A stretch of DNA of 44,008 nucleotides, taken from the NCBI GenBank assembly GCA_041394745.1, contig JAWKHP010000027.1, forward strand, positions 1-44,008, given 5' to 3'. This DNA is from Thermoanaerobaculia bacterium. Its GTDB lineage: Bacteria > Acidobacteriota > Thermoanaerobaculia > Multivoradales > JAHEKO01. The position numbers and the translations under genes were made by a program. Positions within the stretch are counted from its first letter, which is position 1. Every line of letters begins with the position of its first letter. Positions 22,726 through 32,284 of this stretch are shown here, piece after piece. Below the pieces are notes generated by a model. That model searched no databases, had not been told where the DNA came from, and worked only from the letters and a program-made list of their open reading frames with translations.

Positions 22726-22797
22726 GCCTGGCTAGCTCAGTGGGTAGAGCGCCGAGCCTGAACTCGGTGGTCGTGGGTTCGAATCCCGCGCCAGACT
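22726..22797 (+). tRNA. tRNA with a 6-nt anticodon loop (CCUGAA); isotype undetermined. Likely pseudo-tRNA or assembly indel
   Basis: Acceptor GCCTGGC/GCCAGAC (one C-A mismatch). U8 A9. D arm GCTC-AGTGGGTA-GAGC. Perfect anticodon stem CCGAG/CTCGG enclosing only 6 nt. Variable loop TGGTC. T arm GTGGG-TTCGAAT-CCCGC. Starts immediately after the previous element; no encoded CCA. Confidence 0.5.
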
Positions 22798-23205
22798 CGA
22801 GAGCCTCGAAAGCTCTTCGTTGTGCCGTACCGATCGCGTCGGGGCTCTCCGGATCGCCCGCCGCCCGAGCCGCCGCTCGGATGACCGTTCCGTCTGGAAC
22901 GGCAGCCGCGCGACGGCGGAGGGCAGCGAGACTCGGCGCCCTGCAGCCTGCCCGGAAGGTCCGATCCGCGCGCCGCTCCACCCCACCCCGATCGAGGGGC
23001 ACCCGGGGCCGACGGCGAGGTCGATCGCACCGGGGGCGAAGGCTCCGCGACCTGGATCGTGGCGGCGCATCGGGAGGGCCCCGGCGAGGTCATCTCGTCG
23101 GGACGCGAAATGCCGGTGGATGAGGTTTCGCCGTGGAGACGACGTCACCACGGCGCTACACCACGGCTCGCTACGGCGGGCCCTATCGAAGAAAGGAGGT
23201 TCGAG

Positions 23206-24306
23206 ATGGTTCGTTGGATCAAGATTCGAGAGTACGAGCGCGGCCTCCTGTACCGGGACGGCGTGTTCCGGGAGGTGCTGCGACCGGGTCGCCGGTGGGT
23301 CTTCGACCCCTGGCTGCGGGCGCGCGTCGTGCGCGTGTCGGTGCGCGAGGTGTTCCTGGAGTCGCCGGACGTCGACGTGATCGCGCGCTCGGGCGCACTG
23401 GGCGATGAGGCGGTGGTCCTCGACCTGTCGGACCGCGAGCGCGGTCTCGTCTGGGTCGATGGTCGCTTCCGCCGGATCGCCGGCCCGGGAGTCACCATCG
23501 TGTGGCAGGCCTTCTCGGCCGTCCGCACGGAGGTGGTCCGGGTCGAGCCGGTTCGCTTCGAGCAGGAGGACCTGTCGGCGATCCTGGCGACGCCGGGCGT
23601 CGACCGGGACCTCGAGTCGATCGAGGTCGAGGCCGGAACGGTGGGCCTGTTCGTCGTGGACGGTCGCCTGGTCGAGACTCTGCAGCCGGGTCGCTACGCC
23701 GCATGGCGGGGCGTTGCCCGCGTGCGGGTCGTGACGGTCGACCTGCGCGAGAGCACGCTGGACGTGACGGGCCAGGAGATCATGACGGCCGACAAGGTGA
23801 CGCTGCGGCTCAACGCCGCGGTCACCTACCGGGTGGCCGATCCGGTCCGAGCGTTCGACGCGGTCGCGTCGCCGGAGCAGGCTCTCTACCGTGACGCCCA
23901 GATGGCCCTGCGCGCCGCGATCGGCAGCCGCGATCTCGACGCCGTGCTCTCCGACAAGGAGGGTGTGGCGACCGAGCTCGAGGCGGCGATTCGTGAGCGC
24001 GCGACGGACTACGGCATCGCGGTCGTGGGTCTCGGCATCCGCGACGTGATCCTGCCGGGCGACATGCGCACCATCCTCAACCGCGTGGTCGAGGCTCAGA
24101 AGGCCGCCGAGGCCGACCTGATCACGCGGCGGGAGGAGACCGCGTCGATGCGCTCGCAGGCGAACACCGCCCGCGTCTTCGCATCGAACCCGGTGCTGAT
24201 GCGTCTGCGCGAGCTCGAGGTCCTCGAGAAGGTGGCCGACAAGGCCGACCTGACCGTGGTTCTCGGCGACGGCGGTCTCGCCGACCGCGTCACCAAGCTG
24301 GTCTGA
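23206..24306 (+). CDS. SPFH/band-7 (stomatin/prohibitin/HflK-C-like) domain protein
   Basis: 366-aa intact ORF; GAAAGGAGG RBS. Band-7 core (…VTLRLNAAVTYRVADPVRAFDAV...; EAAIRERATDYGIAVVGLGIRDVILPGDMR...) and coiled-coil C-terminus. Confidence 0.85.
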   Translation: MVRWIKIREYERGLLYRDGVFREVLRPGRRWVFDPWLRARVVRVSVREVFLESPDVDVIARSGALGDEAVVLDLSDRERGLVWVDGRFRRIAGPGVTIVWQAFSAVRTEVVRVEPVRFEQEDLSAILATPGVDRDLESIEVEAGTVGLFVVDGRLVETLQPGRYAAWRGVARVRVVTVDLRESTLDVTGQEIMTADKVTLRLNAAVTYRVADPVRAFDAVASPEQALYRDAQMALRAAIGSRDLDAVLSDKEGVATELEAAIRERATDYGIAVVGLGIRDVILPGDMRTILNRVVEAQKAAEADLITRREETASMRSQANTARVFASNPVLMRLRELEVLEKVADKADLTVVLGDGGLADRVTKLV

Positions 24307-24310
24307 CGTC

Positions 24311-24350
24311 GGGCCGGTCGCTTCCGCGGGAGCGGCCGGCCCTTTTTCCT
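24311..24350 (+). terminator. Rho-independent terminator downstream of the band-7 gene
   Basis: GGGCCGG...CCGGCCC GC-rich hairpin followed by TTTTTCCT. Confidence 0.6.
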
Positions 24351-24364
24351 CGCCACGGTCCCGG

Positions 24365-24871
24365 CTACTCGGTCACCGTCAGCGGGTTGTTCCAGATCTG
24401 CTGCGCGATCAGCCAGGGGCCGTCGGCGTCCCTGGTCAGGATCGACAGCAGGTTGCCCTCGTTGGAGTGCTTGCCGTCGGGGTCGGTCCACCACACCGCC
24501 GAACGGCCCCAGGCGTAGGCGAGGCGTCCGCATCCGTCGATGCCGCGGACGTCGATCGTGAAGTCGGTGATGGTGAAGGGCGCGGACTCCGGAAACCACC
24601 ACGCTCGGGCCGCCTCCGCTCCGACGACCGGGTCGAGGCCGTGGGCCGGCTGCAGGACGACGTCGTCGCTCAGCGTGGAGAGGACCGCGTCCGCGTCGTT
24701 GGCGAGCCAGGCGGTCCGGTAGGCGGCGACGGCCTGCCGGATGCCGGCCTCGTCCCGGGCCGAGAGCTCGCAGGCCTGCGACCGCGCGGGGGCGGAAGCC
24801 GCCACCCAGGAGAGCGCGATCGCGACGGTGAGGAGACGGGAGGAGACGCTCGCTGCCCGATCGGTGACCAT
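24365..24871 (-). CDS. SnoaL-like / NTF2-fold (DUF4440-type) secreted protein
   Basis: 168-aa ORF with a signal peptide, then a pattern typical of NTF2-like domains (IRQAVAAYRTAWLANDADAVLSTLSDDVVL...; FTIDVRGIDGCGRLAYAWGRS). Confidence 0.65.
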   Translation of the reverse strand: MVTDRAASVSSRLLTVAIALSWVAASAPARSQACELSARDEAGIRQAVAAYRTAWLANDADAVLSTLSDDVVLQPAHGLDPVVGAEAARAWWFPESAPFTITDFTIDVRGIDGCGRLAYAWGRSAVWWTDPDGKHSNEGNLLSILTRDADGPWLIAQQIWNNPLTVTE

Positions 24872-24964
24872 GCCGCGATCGTGGCAGGCGTGCGGCGCCA
24901 GCGGCTACCAGATTCTTGCGTCGCTCGGAGTCCGGTGCACCGACCCTGTAGAGTCGCGGCCATC

Positions 24965-26533
24965 GTGCGCACGCTTTCGCTCGCCTCCGTCCTGGCCTTG
25001 GCCTCGGCCCTGCCTTCGGGCGCCCAGCAGTTCGTCGACGAGACCGCCACCCGCTTCCCTGCTCCGGCGGCGACGGACTACAGCAACCAGGTGACGGTCG
25101 GGGACCTCGACGGGGACGGGGATCTGGACCTGATCTTCGCCAACGGCGGGGGGTTCTCGAGTGCGGGGACGCCGGAGCCTCAGCGGGTCTACATCAACAG
25201 CGGGAGCGGAGTGTTCACCGACGAGTCGGCGGCGCGGCTGGGGTTCTCGGCGCTGGCGCGCGGAGTGGAGCTCGGGGACATCGACGACGACGGGGACCTC
25301 GACCTGATCGTGGCGCAGGACTTCGATCGCCAGCCGGGGCTGTTCGTCAACGACGGCAACGGCTTCTTCACCGACGCCACGGACCAGCTGCCGCAGATCG
25401 CGCTCGCCAGCTCGCGGGCCCAGTTCGGGGACATCGACAACGACGGCGACCTCGACCTCTACCTGACCAACGGCGACGGCAACCGGTTCGGCTGCGGGCA
25501 GTACCAGATCTGGGTCAACGACGGCGACGGCAACTTCACCGACGAGACGGCGCTGCGGCACCCGACCGAGAACGTCTGCGAGAACATGGACTGCATCTTC
25601 GGGGACATCGACGGCGACTTCGACCTGGACGTGCGCACCGCCGGAACCGGGTCGGGCAACAGCCGCCTGTACGTCAACGACGGGGAGGGCTTCTACAGCG
25701 GCTCGAGCTCCATCCCGGCCGACAACAACGCCTACTCCTACGACTTCGGCGACATCGACGGCGACGGGGACGTGGACCTGCTGGGCGTCAACGCCAACCC
25801 CGGCTCGCTAGGCGAGCTGCTGCTGCTGAACGACGGGCTCGGCTCCTTCTCGGACGTCAGCTCGCGCCTTTCCCCCAATCCGTCGGAGGACGACAACGAC
25901 TCGAAGTTCTTCGACTACGACGACGACGGCGACCTCGACCTGCTGATCGCCCGCCTCGGCGGGACCGGCGAGAAGGTCTACGCCAACGACGGGGCGGGCA
26001 ACTTCACGCTGCAAAGCGGCATCGTCGAGGGCATCGGCGACTCCTCGCTCGACATCGTCACGGCCGACCTCACCGGCGACCGCCGCCTGGACATCGTCAC
26101 CGCCCAGGGCGAGTCGGGGAGCTTCGTCAACCGCATCTACGTCGGCAACGGCCCGCAGGACGACCGGGCGCCGCGCATCGTCGCCACCGAGATCCCGGAC
26201 ACCACCGACCTGCCGGCCGCCTACGTCGTCCGCGCCCGCATCCTCGACGACCACACCTCCGACCGCAACTTCTTCGACCGCGGCGTCGTGCTCCACTACA
26301 CGGTGAACGGCGGCCCGGAGCTCCAGGTCCCGATGCACCACAGCGGCGGCCAGGTCTACCGCGGCGAGATCCCCGGCCAGGCCCAAGGCGACCTGGTCGA
26401 GTACTTCGTCACCGCCCGCGACTGGGCCGGAAACCTCGGCACCGGCCCCACCCGGACCTTCACCGTCGGCCTCCTCTTCGGCGACGGCTTCGAGACCGGC
26501 GACACCTCGGCCTGGACGACGGTCGTCCCCTGA
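24965..26533 (+). CDS. Secreted FG-GAP/VCBS (integrin-alpha N-terminal-like) repeat protein
   Basis: At least 7 repeats of FGD(I)DxDGDLDL(I/L)... with calcium-binding-like DxDGD motifs. N-terminal signal sequence; GTG start inferred. Confidence 0.8.
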   Translation: MRTLSLASVLALASALPSGAQQFVDETATRFPAPAATDYSNQVTVGDLDGDGDLDLIFANGGGFSSAGTPEPQRVYINSGSGVFTDESAARLGFSALARGVELGDIDDDGDLDLIVAQDFDRQPGLFVNDGNGFFTDATDQLPQIALASSRAQFGDIDNDGDLDLYLTNGDGNRFGCGQYQIWVNDGDGNFTDETALRHPTENVCENMDCIFGDIDGDFDLDVRTAGTGSGNSRLYVNDGEGFYSGSSSIPADNNAYSYDFGDIDGDGDVDLLGVNANPGSLGELLLLNDGLGSFSDVSSRLSPNPSEDDNDSKFFDYDDDGDLDLLIARLGGTGEKVYANDGAGNFTLQSGIVEGIGDSSLDIVTADLTGDRRLDIVTAQGESGSFVNRIYVGNGPQDDRAPRIVATEIPDTTDLPAAYVVRARILDDHTSDRNFFDRGVVLHYTVNGGPELQVPMHHSGGQVYRGEIPGQAQGDLVEYFVTARDWAGNLGTGPTRTFTVGLLFGDGFETGDTSAWTTVVP

Positions 26534-26768
26534 GGCCCGGCCGCGGGCGCGGTCGGGTTCCGGATCTCCATCGCGCGCAGGGCTCGGACTCCACCGCACC
26601 CCAACCGCCGAGCGGTCGCGAGCGTCTCACTGGGATTGCCTTCCCCCGCGTCCGGCGGGCCGCACGGTGGCGGACACCCGCAGGCACGAAACCAAAGCCG
26701 GAGGCGGACGTAGGATCTCGTGAACGCGGCGACAGCCGACCGGGAACCGTTCGATTCGGAGACCTCGC

Positions 26769-27866
26769 ATGAAGAAGCTCCTCAAGCTCCTGCTGCTCTT
26801 GATCCTCCTCGCCGTGGTGGGCTTCGGCCTCTACCGGGCCTTCGGCAAGAAGGAGGAGGGCGACGGCCTCGCCCGGGTGGAGGTCGAGCGCGGCACGATC
26901 GTCGACAAGGCCCTGGCGACCGGGCAGATCGTGCCCGAGGAGGAGGTCTCGGTGAAGTCCCAGATCTCCGGCATCGTCAAGGAGTGCTTCGTCAAGGTCG
27001 GCGACCCGGTGAAGCCCGGGCAGTCGCTGTTCTCGATCAGCCCCGACCCGACGCCGCTGCAGGTGACCGAGGCCGAGCGCAACGTCGAGCTCGCCGAGGT
27101 GGCCCACAACCGGGCCAAGGCCGACTGGGAGCGTGCCCAGCAGGTCTTCGACGCGGGCCTGTCGCCGCGCGAGCAGCTCGACGGCGCGGAGGAGACCTAC
27201 GAGCAGCGCCGCATCGAGCTGGAGCTCGAGCGCGAACGGCTGGCCCTGCTGCGGGAAGGCCGCATCACCAAGCCCAAGGGCGGCGTCGACTCGATCATCC
27301 GCTCCCCCTCTTCGGGCACGGTCCTCGAGCGCCTGGTCGATCCCGGCGATCCGGTGGTGCCGCTCACCACCTTCCAGGCCGGCACGCCGCTGGCGACGAT
27401 CGCCGACATGGGCACGCTGATCTTCAAGGGCACGGTCGACGAGATCGACGTCGGCAAGCTGGCCGAGGGCTTGCCGGTGCGCATCGAGATCGGCGCCCTG
27501 CCCTCGGCCGAGGTCACCGGGCGGCTGCGCATGATCGCCCCCAAGGCCAAGGAGGAGGAGGGGTCGACCCTCTTCGACGTCGAGGTCGAGATCGAAGAGA
27601 GCGGCGACGCCGTGCTGCGCGCCGGCTACTCGGCCAACGCCAACATCATCATCAACGAGAAGAGCGACGTCCTCATGCTGCCGGAGCGCTTGCTCACGTT
27701 CGAGGACGAGAAGACGTTCGTCGAGCTGCCGCCGGCCACCCCGGAGGCCGAGCCCGAGAAGCGGGAGATCGAGATCGGGCTCTCCGACGGCCTGAACGTC
27801 GAGGTGGTCTCCGGCCTGGCGGAGGGGGACGAGGTGGTCGAGCGGCCGCCGCGGGAGATCGAGTGA
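26769..27866 (+). CDS. Efflux transporter periplasmic adaptor subunit (MacA/HlyD family)
   Basis: N-terminal TM anchor MKKLLKLLLLLILLAVVGFGLY, biotinyl-lipoyl-like and coiled-coil hairpin segments. Stop overlaps the start of the next gene (GTGA). Confidence 0.85.
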   Translation: MKKLLKLLLLLILLAVVGFGLYRAFGKKEEGDGLARVEVERGTIVDKALATGQIVPEEEVSVKSQISGIVKECFVKVGDPVKPGQSLFSISPDPTPLQVTEAERNVELAEVAHNRAKADWERAQQVFDAGLSPREQLDGAEETYEQRRIELELERERLALLREGRITKPKGGVDSIIRSPSSGTVLERLVDPGDPVVPLTTFQAGTPLATIADMGTLIFKGTVDEIDVGKLAEGLPVRIEIGALPSAEVTGRLRMIAPKAKEEEGSTLFDVEVEIEESGDAVLRAGYSANANIIINEKSDVLMLPERLLTFEDEKTFVELPPATPEAEPEKREIEIGLSDGLNVEVVSGLAEGDEVVERPPREIE

Positions 27867-29110
27867 TCGCCTGGACCACCTACCTGCGCAACTACCTGAA
27901 GCAGTTCTTCAGCGACCTGCTGACCCAGAAGCTGCGCACCTTCCTGACCGTCTTCGGGATCATCTGGGGCACCGCCGCGGTCACGCTGCTCCTCGCCTTC
28001 GGCGCCGGCTTCCACAAGCAGGTCGGCATCAACATGAAGGGCCTGGGCGAGAACATCGTCATCTGCTGGCCGGCGCGCACCAGCAAGGACTGGCAGGGCC
28101 TGCCCCACGGGCGCAACATCCGCGTCACCGACGACGACATCGAGCTCATCCGCCGCGAGGTGCCGCAGGTCGCGCGCATCAGCGGCGAGCTCTCCGACAG
28201 CGGCACGCGGGTGCGCGCCGGGCGCTCCACCGTGGCGCCCCAGATCGTCGGCGCCAACGTCGAGTTCGCCCGCATGCGCAACATGATCCCGGCAACGGGC
28301 GGACGCTACATCAACCCCATCGACATGGGCGACAAGCGCCGGGTCGTCTTCCTCGGCGATCAGCTGAAGTCGAACCTCTTCGGCGTCGACGAGGCGGTCG
28401 GCAAGCACGTCTACTTCGACGGCGTCCCCTTCCTCGTCGTCGGCATCATGCAGACCAAGACGCAGGACTCCAACTACAGCGGCCGCGACGAGGACAAGGC
28501 AACGATCCCGCTGTCCACCTACCAGGCCCTCTACGGCGAGGAGTTCATGGACGACTTCGTCTTCCAGGTCGCCGACGCCGGGGACGTCGACGCGGCCAAG
28601 GACGGCGTCATCGCCACGCTGGCGCGCAAGTACCGCTTCGACCCCTCGGACAAGGAAGCGGTCCTCATGTGGGACACCACCGAGATGCTGGTCTTCCTCG
28701 ACGCGTTCTTCCTCGGCTTCCGGGTGTTCCTCGGCATCGTCGGGGCGCTGACCCTCGTCGTGGGCGGCATCGGGGTCTCGAACATCATGAACGTCGTGGT
28801 CGAGGAGAGGACGAAGGAGATCGGGATCAAGATGGCCCTGGGCGCCAAGAAGCGCTACGTGCTCGGGCAGTTCCTCTTCGAGACCCTCCTGATCACGGCG
28901 GTGGGAGGCGCGATCGGCCTCGGCATCGCCTGGGCGATCTGCGCCGTGTTCCCGTCCTTCGGCCTGACCGAGTACGTCGGCAACCCGACGATCTCGGCGC
29001 AGGTCGCGCTCATCACCACGTCGATCCTCGGCGCCATCGGGTTCCTGGCTGGCTTCTTCCCGGCCCGCACGGCGGCGAACCTCAAACCCGTCGAAGCCCT
29101 GAGGATGTAG
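27863..29110 (+). CDS. ABC transporter permease, MacB/FtsX family
   Basis: N-terminal TM, large periplasmic domain, C-terminal FtsX 3-TM bundle (…LTLVVGGIGVSNIMNVVVEERTKEIGIKMALGA…). Confidence 0.85.
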   Translation: MIAWTTYLRNYLKQFFSDLLTQKLRTFLTVFGIIWGTAAVTLLLAFGAGFHKQVGINMKGLGENIVICWPARTSKDWQGLPHGRNIRVTDDDIELIRREVPQVARISGELSDSGTRVRAGRSTVAPQIVGANVEFARMRNMIPATGGRYINPIDMGDKRRVVFLGDQLKSNLFGVDEAVGKHVYFDGVPFLVVGIMQTKTQDSNYSGRDEDKATIPLSTYQALYGEEFMDDFVFQVADAGDVDAAKDGVIATLARKYRFDPSDKEAVLMWDTTEMLVFLDAFFLGFRVFLGIVGALTLVVGGIGVSNIMNVVVEERTKEIGIKMALGAKKRYVLGQFLFETLLITAVGGAIGLGIAWAICAVFPSFGLTEYVGNPTISAQVALITTSILGAIGFLAGFFPARTAANLKPVEALRM

Positions 29111-29113
29111 CCG

Positions 29114-30367
29114 ATGCGTCTCGGACTCATGCTCCGCCTCTTCCGCAGCGCCGCCCACGTGCAGCGCAAGCGGATGATCCTGACGGTCACCGCCATCGCG
29201 TGGGGCACCATCTCGATCGTCCTGCTGCTCTCCTTCGGCGAGGGGCTCAAGGCGACCCTCACCGCCGGCTCGAGCGGGCTGGGCCAGGCGATCGCGATCG
29301 GCTGGCCGGGCGAGACGCAGAAGGACTTCGCCGGCTTCCCGGCCGGCCGCGAGATCCGGCTCCTGCCCGACGACGCCGACCTGCTGATGCGCAACATCCC
29401 GGAGCTCGAGGCCGCCTCGGGAGAGATGCAGACCTGGGACGCGCAGCTCTCCTACGGACGCAAGAACCTGAACAAGCGGTTGGTCGGCGTACACCCCCAG
29501 TGGGGTCCGATGCGCAACCAAGTGCCCCAGGCCGGTGGCCGGTTCCTCAACCAGCTCGACCAGGAGCAGAAGCGGCGCGTCGCCTTCATGGGCAACGGCA
29601 TCGCCGAGGACCTCTTCGGCGACGAGGACGTCGTCGGCAAGGTCTTCACCATCAACGGCGTGCCCTTCACCGTGATCGGCGTGATGAAGGACAAGATCCA
29701 GATGAGCTCCTACGGCGGCCGCGACGAGGACAACACGGTCATTCCGATCAGCACCTTCGAGGCCCTGCTCGGGCGCCGCTACGTCAGCACGATGATCTTC
29801 AAGCCGAAGAGCGCCGAGCTCATGGGCCGGGCGAAGAAGCGCTTCTACCAGGTGCTCGGAGCCAAGTACCGCTTCGACCCCACCGACGAGCGGGCCATCG
29901 GCCTCTGGGACACCGCCGAGACCCAACGGTCGATGACCAACATGACCATCGGCATCGAGATCTTCCTCGGCATCATCGGCGGCCTGACGCTCCTGATCGG
30001 CGGGGTCGGCGTGGCCAACATCATGTACGCGGCGATCACCCACCGCACCCGCGAGATCGGCGTCCTGATGGCGATCGGCGCCCGGCGCTCCTGGGTCATG
30101 GGACCGCTGGTGATGGAGTCGCTGGCGCTCACCTCGCTCGGCGGGCTGATCGGCGTCGGGATCGGGGCGAGCATCGTGCAGGCGCTCGCCTTCATCCAGA
30201 GCAACGCCCAGAGCGAGGCGATGAAGTTCCTCGGCACGCCCGACTTCTCGCTGCCGGTGGCGCTCACCACGGTGATCCTGCTCGGCTCGATCGGCTTCGT
30301 CGCCGGCTACTTCCCGTCGCGCCGCGCCGTCTCGATCCAACCGGCGGAGGTCCTGCGCTATGAGTAG
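29114..30367 (+). CDS. ABC transporter permease, MacB/FtsX family (second copy)
   Basis: Paralogous architecture (…LTLLIGGVGVANIMYAAITHRTREIGVLMAIGA…). Stop overlaps the ATPase gene start. Confidence 0.85.
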   Translation: MRLGLMLRLFRSAAHVQRKRMILTVTAIAWGTISIVLLLSFGEGLKATLTAGSSGLGQAIAIGWPGETQKDFAGFPAGREIRLLPDDADLLMRNIPELEAASGEMQTWDAQLSYGRKNLNKRLVGVHPQWGPMRNQVPQAGGRFLNQLDQEQKRRVAFMGNGIAEDLFGDEDVVGKVFTINGVPFTVIGVMKDKIQMSSYGGRDEDNTVIPISTFEALLGRRYVSTMIFKPKSAELMGRAKKRFYQVLGAKYRFDPTDERAIGLWDTAETQRSMTNMTIGIEIFLGIIGGLTLLIGGVGVANIMYAAITHRTREIGVLMAIGARRSWVMGPLVMESLALTSLGGLIGVGIGASIVQALAFIQSNAQSEAMKFLGTPDFSLPVALTTVILLGSIGFVAGYFPSRRAVSIQPAEVLRYE

Positions 30368-31064
30368 CGAGACGAACGCCACCCGCGCGCTGATCGAGAT
30401 GCGGGCGCTGCGCAAGGTCTACGACACGGGCAAGCTCGAGGTCGAGGCGCTGCGCGGCATCGACCTGACCGTGCGCGAGCGGGAGTTCGTGGCGATCATC
30501 GGCCCCTCCGGCTCGGGCAAGTCGACGCTGCTCAACATCATCGGGTGTCTCGACACGCCGACCGACGGCTCCTACAAGCTGAGCGGCGAGGAGGTCGCCC
30601 GCTTCGACGGCGACCGGCTGGCCGACGTGCGCAACCGGCGCATCGGGTTCGTCTTCCAGAGCTTCAACCTGCTGCCCCAGATCACCGCCTTCGACAACGT
30701 CGAGCTGCCGCTGCTGTTCAAGGGCACGCCGGCCAAGCGTCGTCGCCGGCGCGTCGAGGAGCTCCTCGAACGGGTCGGCTTGGCCGACCGCATGGACCAC
30801 AAGCCCACCGAGCTCTCCGGCGGGCAGATGCAACGCGTGGCGATCGCCCGGGCGCTCGCCTGCGAGCCCGACCTGATCCTCGCCGACGAGCCCACCGGCA
30901 ACCTCGACTCGAGCTCCGGCTCCGACATCCTGCACGTCTTCCAGGAGCTCGCCGAGGCCGGCAACACCCTGGTCGTCATCACCCACGACCAGGCCATCGC
31001 CGAGCGCACCCAGCGCATCGTCACCCTGCAGGACGGCCGCATCACCGACGACGAGCGACGCTGA
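30360..31064 (+). CDS. ABC transporter ATP-binding protein (MacB/LolD-type)
   Basis: Walker A GPSGSGKST, Q-loop, signature LSGGQMQRVAIARAL, Walker B LILADEPTGNLD. Confidence 0.9.
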   Translation: MSSETNATRALIEMRALRKVYDTGKLEVEALRGIDLTVREREFVAIIGPSGSGKSTLLNIIGCLDTPTDGSYKLSGEEVARFDGDRLADVRNRRIGFVFQSFNLLPQITAFDNVELPLLFKGTPAKRRRRRVEELLERVGLADRMDHKPTELSGGQMQRVAIARALACEPDLILADEPTGNLDSSSGSDILHVFQELAEAGNTLVVITHDQAIAERTQRIVTLQDGRITDDERR

Positions 31065-31067
31065 GGA

Positions 31068-32222
31068 TCAGGACTCCGGAGCGCTCCGCGATCCGGCTGC
31101 AGTACGGAAGTCCACGTCCTCGAGGAGCTGATCGACGATCTCCTCGTAGCCTCGCGCGTTCGGGTGGGACTCGCCCTCGGAGAGGAAGAGATCCGAGCGC
31201 GGGGCCCCGGGCGGCAACAGCCGCAGGAACCGCCTGCGCACGTCCACCAGTTCGAGCCCCCGCTCACGGGCGAGGCGACGCATCTCCGCGTTGGTCCGCG
31301 TGGTCTCCTCGTCGAGTTGGCTGCGCCGGTCCGGCAGCTCGAATCCGGCGTAGGTCAGAAGGACCAGCCGAGCGCCCCGGCGGAGAGTCTTGCGGTGGAT
31401 CTCGGACAGATCCCGTCGCAGAACCCGGACTGCGGCGTCCGTCGTGTAGGGCTTGCGGTGCGAGGGATTGCCGCGATGCCGCAGAAGGACCTCGCCGGTC
31501 GATCGATCGCGTTGCTCCACCACCCGGCCGTCGTCGCTGACCACCCGCTCGAGCTCCGGCCGACCGGTTCGCGGCGGGCCGTCGAGGAGCCGCCGCCAGG
31601 AGACGCGCAGCAGGCGCAAGAGCCGGAGAATCCGGAGCGCGGGCAGGGCTTCCGGGCGCGCCTCCGGATCGCCGCCCAGACCCCTCATCCAGCCGTTGTT
31701 CACGCCGACCGTGAGGAGGACCATCGTCGGGCGGTAGCGGTCCAGCCACCCGTCCAGGCGATCGACGACCTCGGTGGAGTTGAGTCCGGGGAGACCCACG
31801 TTGACGACCCGGAAGACCTCCGGGTACCGCTCGTCGAGTCGCTCCTGGAGCTGGCCCGGGTAGGCGTCGTCCTCGGAGCACCCCCAGCCGTAGACGTTGG
31901 AGTCTCCGGCGGCGAGGATGATCCGCTCCGCGGATTCGGTGGCGACGGGCACCGGCCGGCTTCCCACGAACGCCGCGGCGATGCGAAGCCCCACCTCCAA
32001 CAGGGCTACGCAGACGAGGAGCGAAGTCACGAGCAACAGCGCGCCGACGAGCTCACCGCCCCTTCCGCACGCGCGGCGGCCGTTCTCGGTGGCGATGAGC
32101 CGGGGCGGAGACTGGCGCGGACAAGGGCAGGGGAAGTCCTCCGCGCGCAGTCTAGCGGCCGTAGCCCGCCGAGGCGGAACTGAACGCCCGCCTGTGGCAA
32201 GATCCGCCGACCTGGGTCGCAC
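31068..32222 (-). CDS. SGNH/GDSL-family hydrolase with N-terminal membrane anchor (true start probably downstream of the annotated ATG)
   Basis: Block I GDSNVYGWG with catalytic Ser. C-terminal ...SEGESHPNARGYEEIV (DxxH-type His). TM segment VGALLLVTSLLVCVALLEVGL. Confidence 0.7.
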   Translation of the reverse strand: MRPRSADLATGGRSVPPRRATAARLRAEDFPCPCPRQSPPRLIATENGRRACGRGGELVGALLLVTSLLVCVALLEVGLRIAAAFVGSRPVPVATESAERIILAAGDSNVYGWGCSEDDAYPGQLQERLDERYPEVFRVVNVGLPGLNSTEVVDRLDGWLDRYRPTMVLLTVGVNNGWMRGLGGDPEARPEALPALRILRLLRLLRVSWRRLLDGPPRTGRPELERVVSDDGRVVEQRDRSTGEVLLRHRGNPSHRKPYTTDAAVRVLRRDLSEIHRKTLRRGARLVLLTYAGFELPDRRSQLDEETTRTNAEMRRLARERGLELVDVRRRFLRLLPPGAPRSDLFLSEGESHPNARGYEEIVDQLLEDVDFRTAAGSRSAPES

Positions 32223-32284
32223 TTTGCTCCGCCCTTCCTGCTGCTCGCGGCATCCGGCGGGCTCTCCGCCGACACGTCTCCTCC

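Noticed and set aside
22637-22797. tmRNA (ssrA) or tRNA-Sec as an explanation for the aberrant tRNA-like elements
   Set aside because: Far too short for tmRNA and no tag-peptide reading frame. No UCA anticodon loop or 8/5 acceptor/T-stem geometry for tRNA-Sec.
26720-29110. 796-aa ORF suggesting one giant protein
   Set aside because: Its first ~380 codons are an out-of-frame reading of the MacA-like gene (26769..27866). Only the part from the GTG at 27863 is the real FtsX permease.
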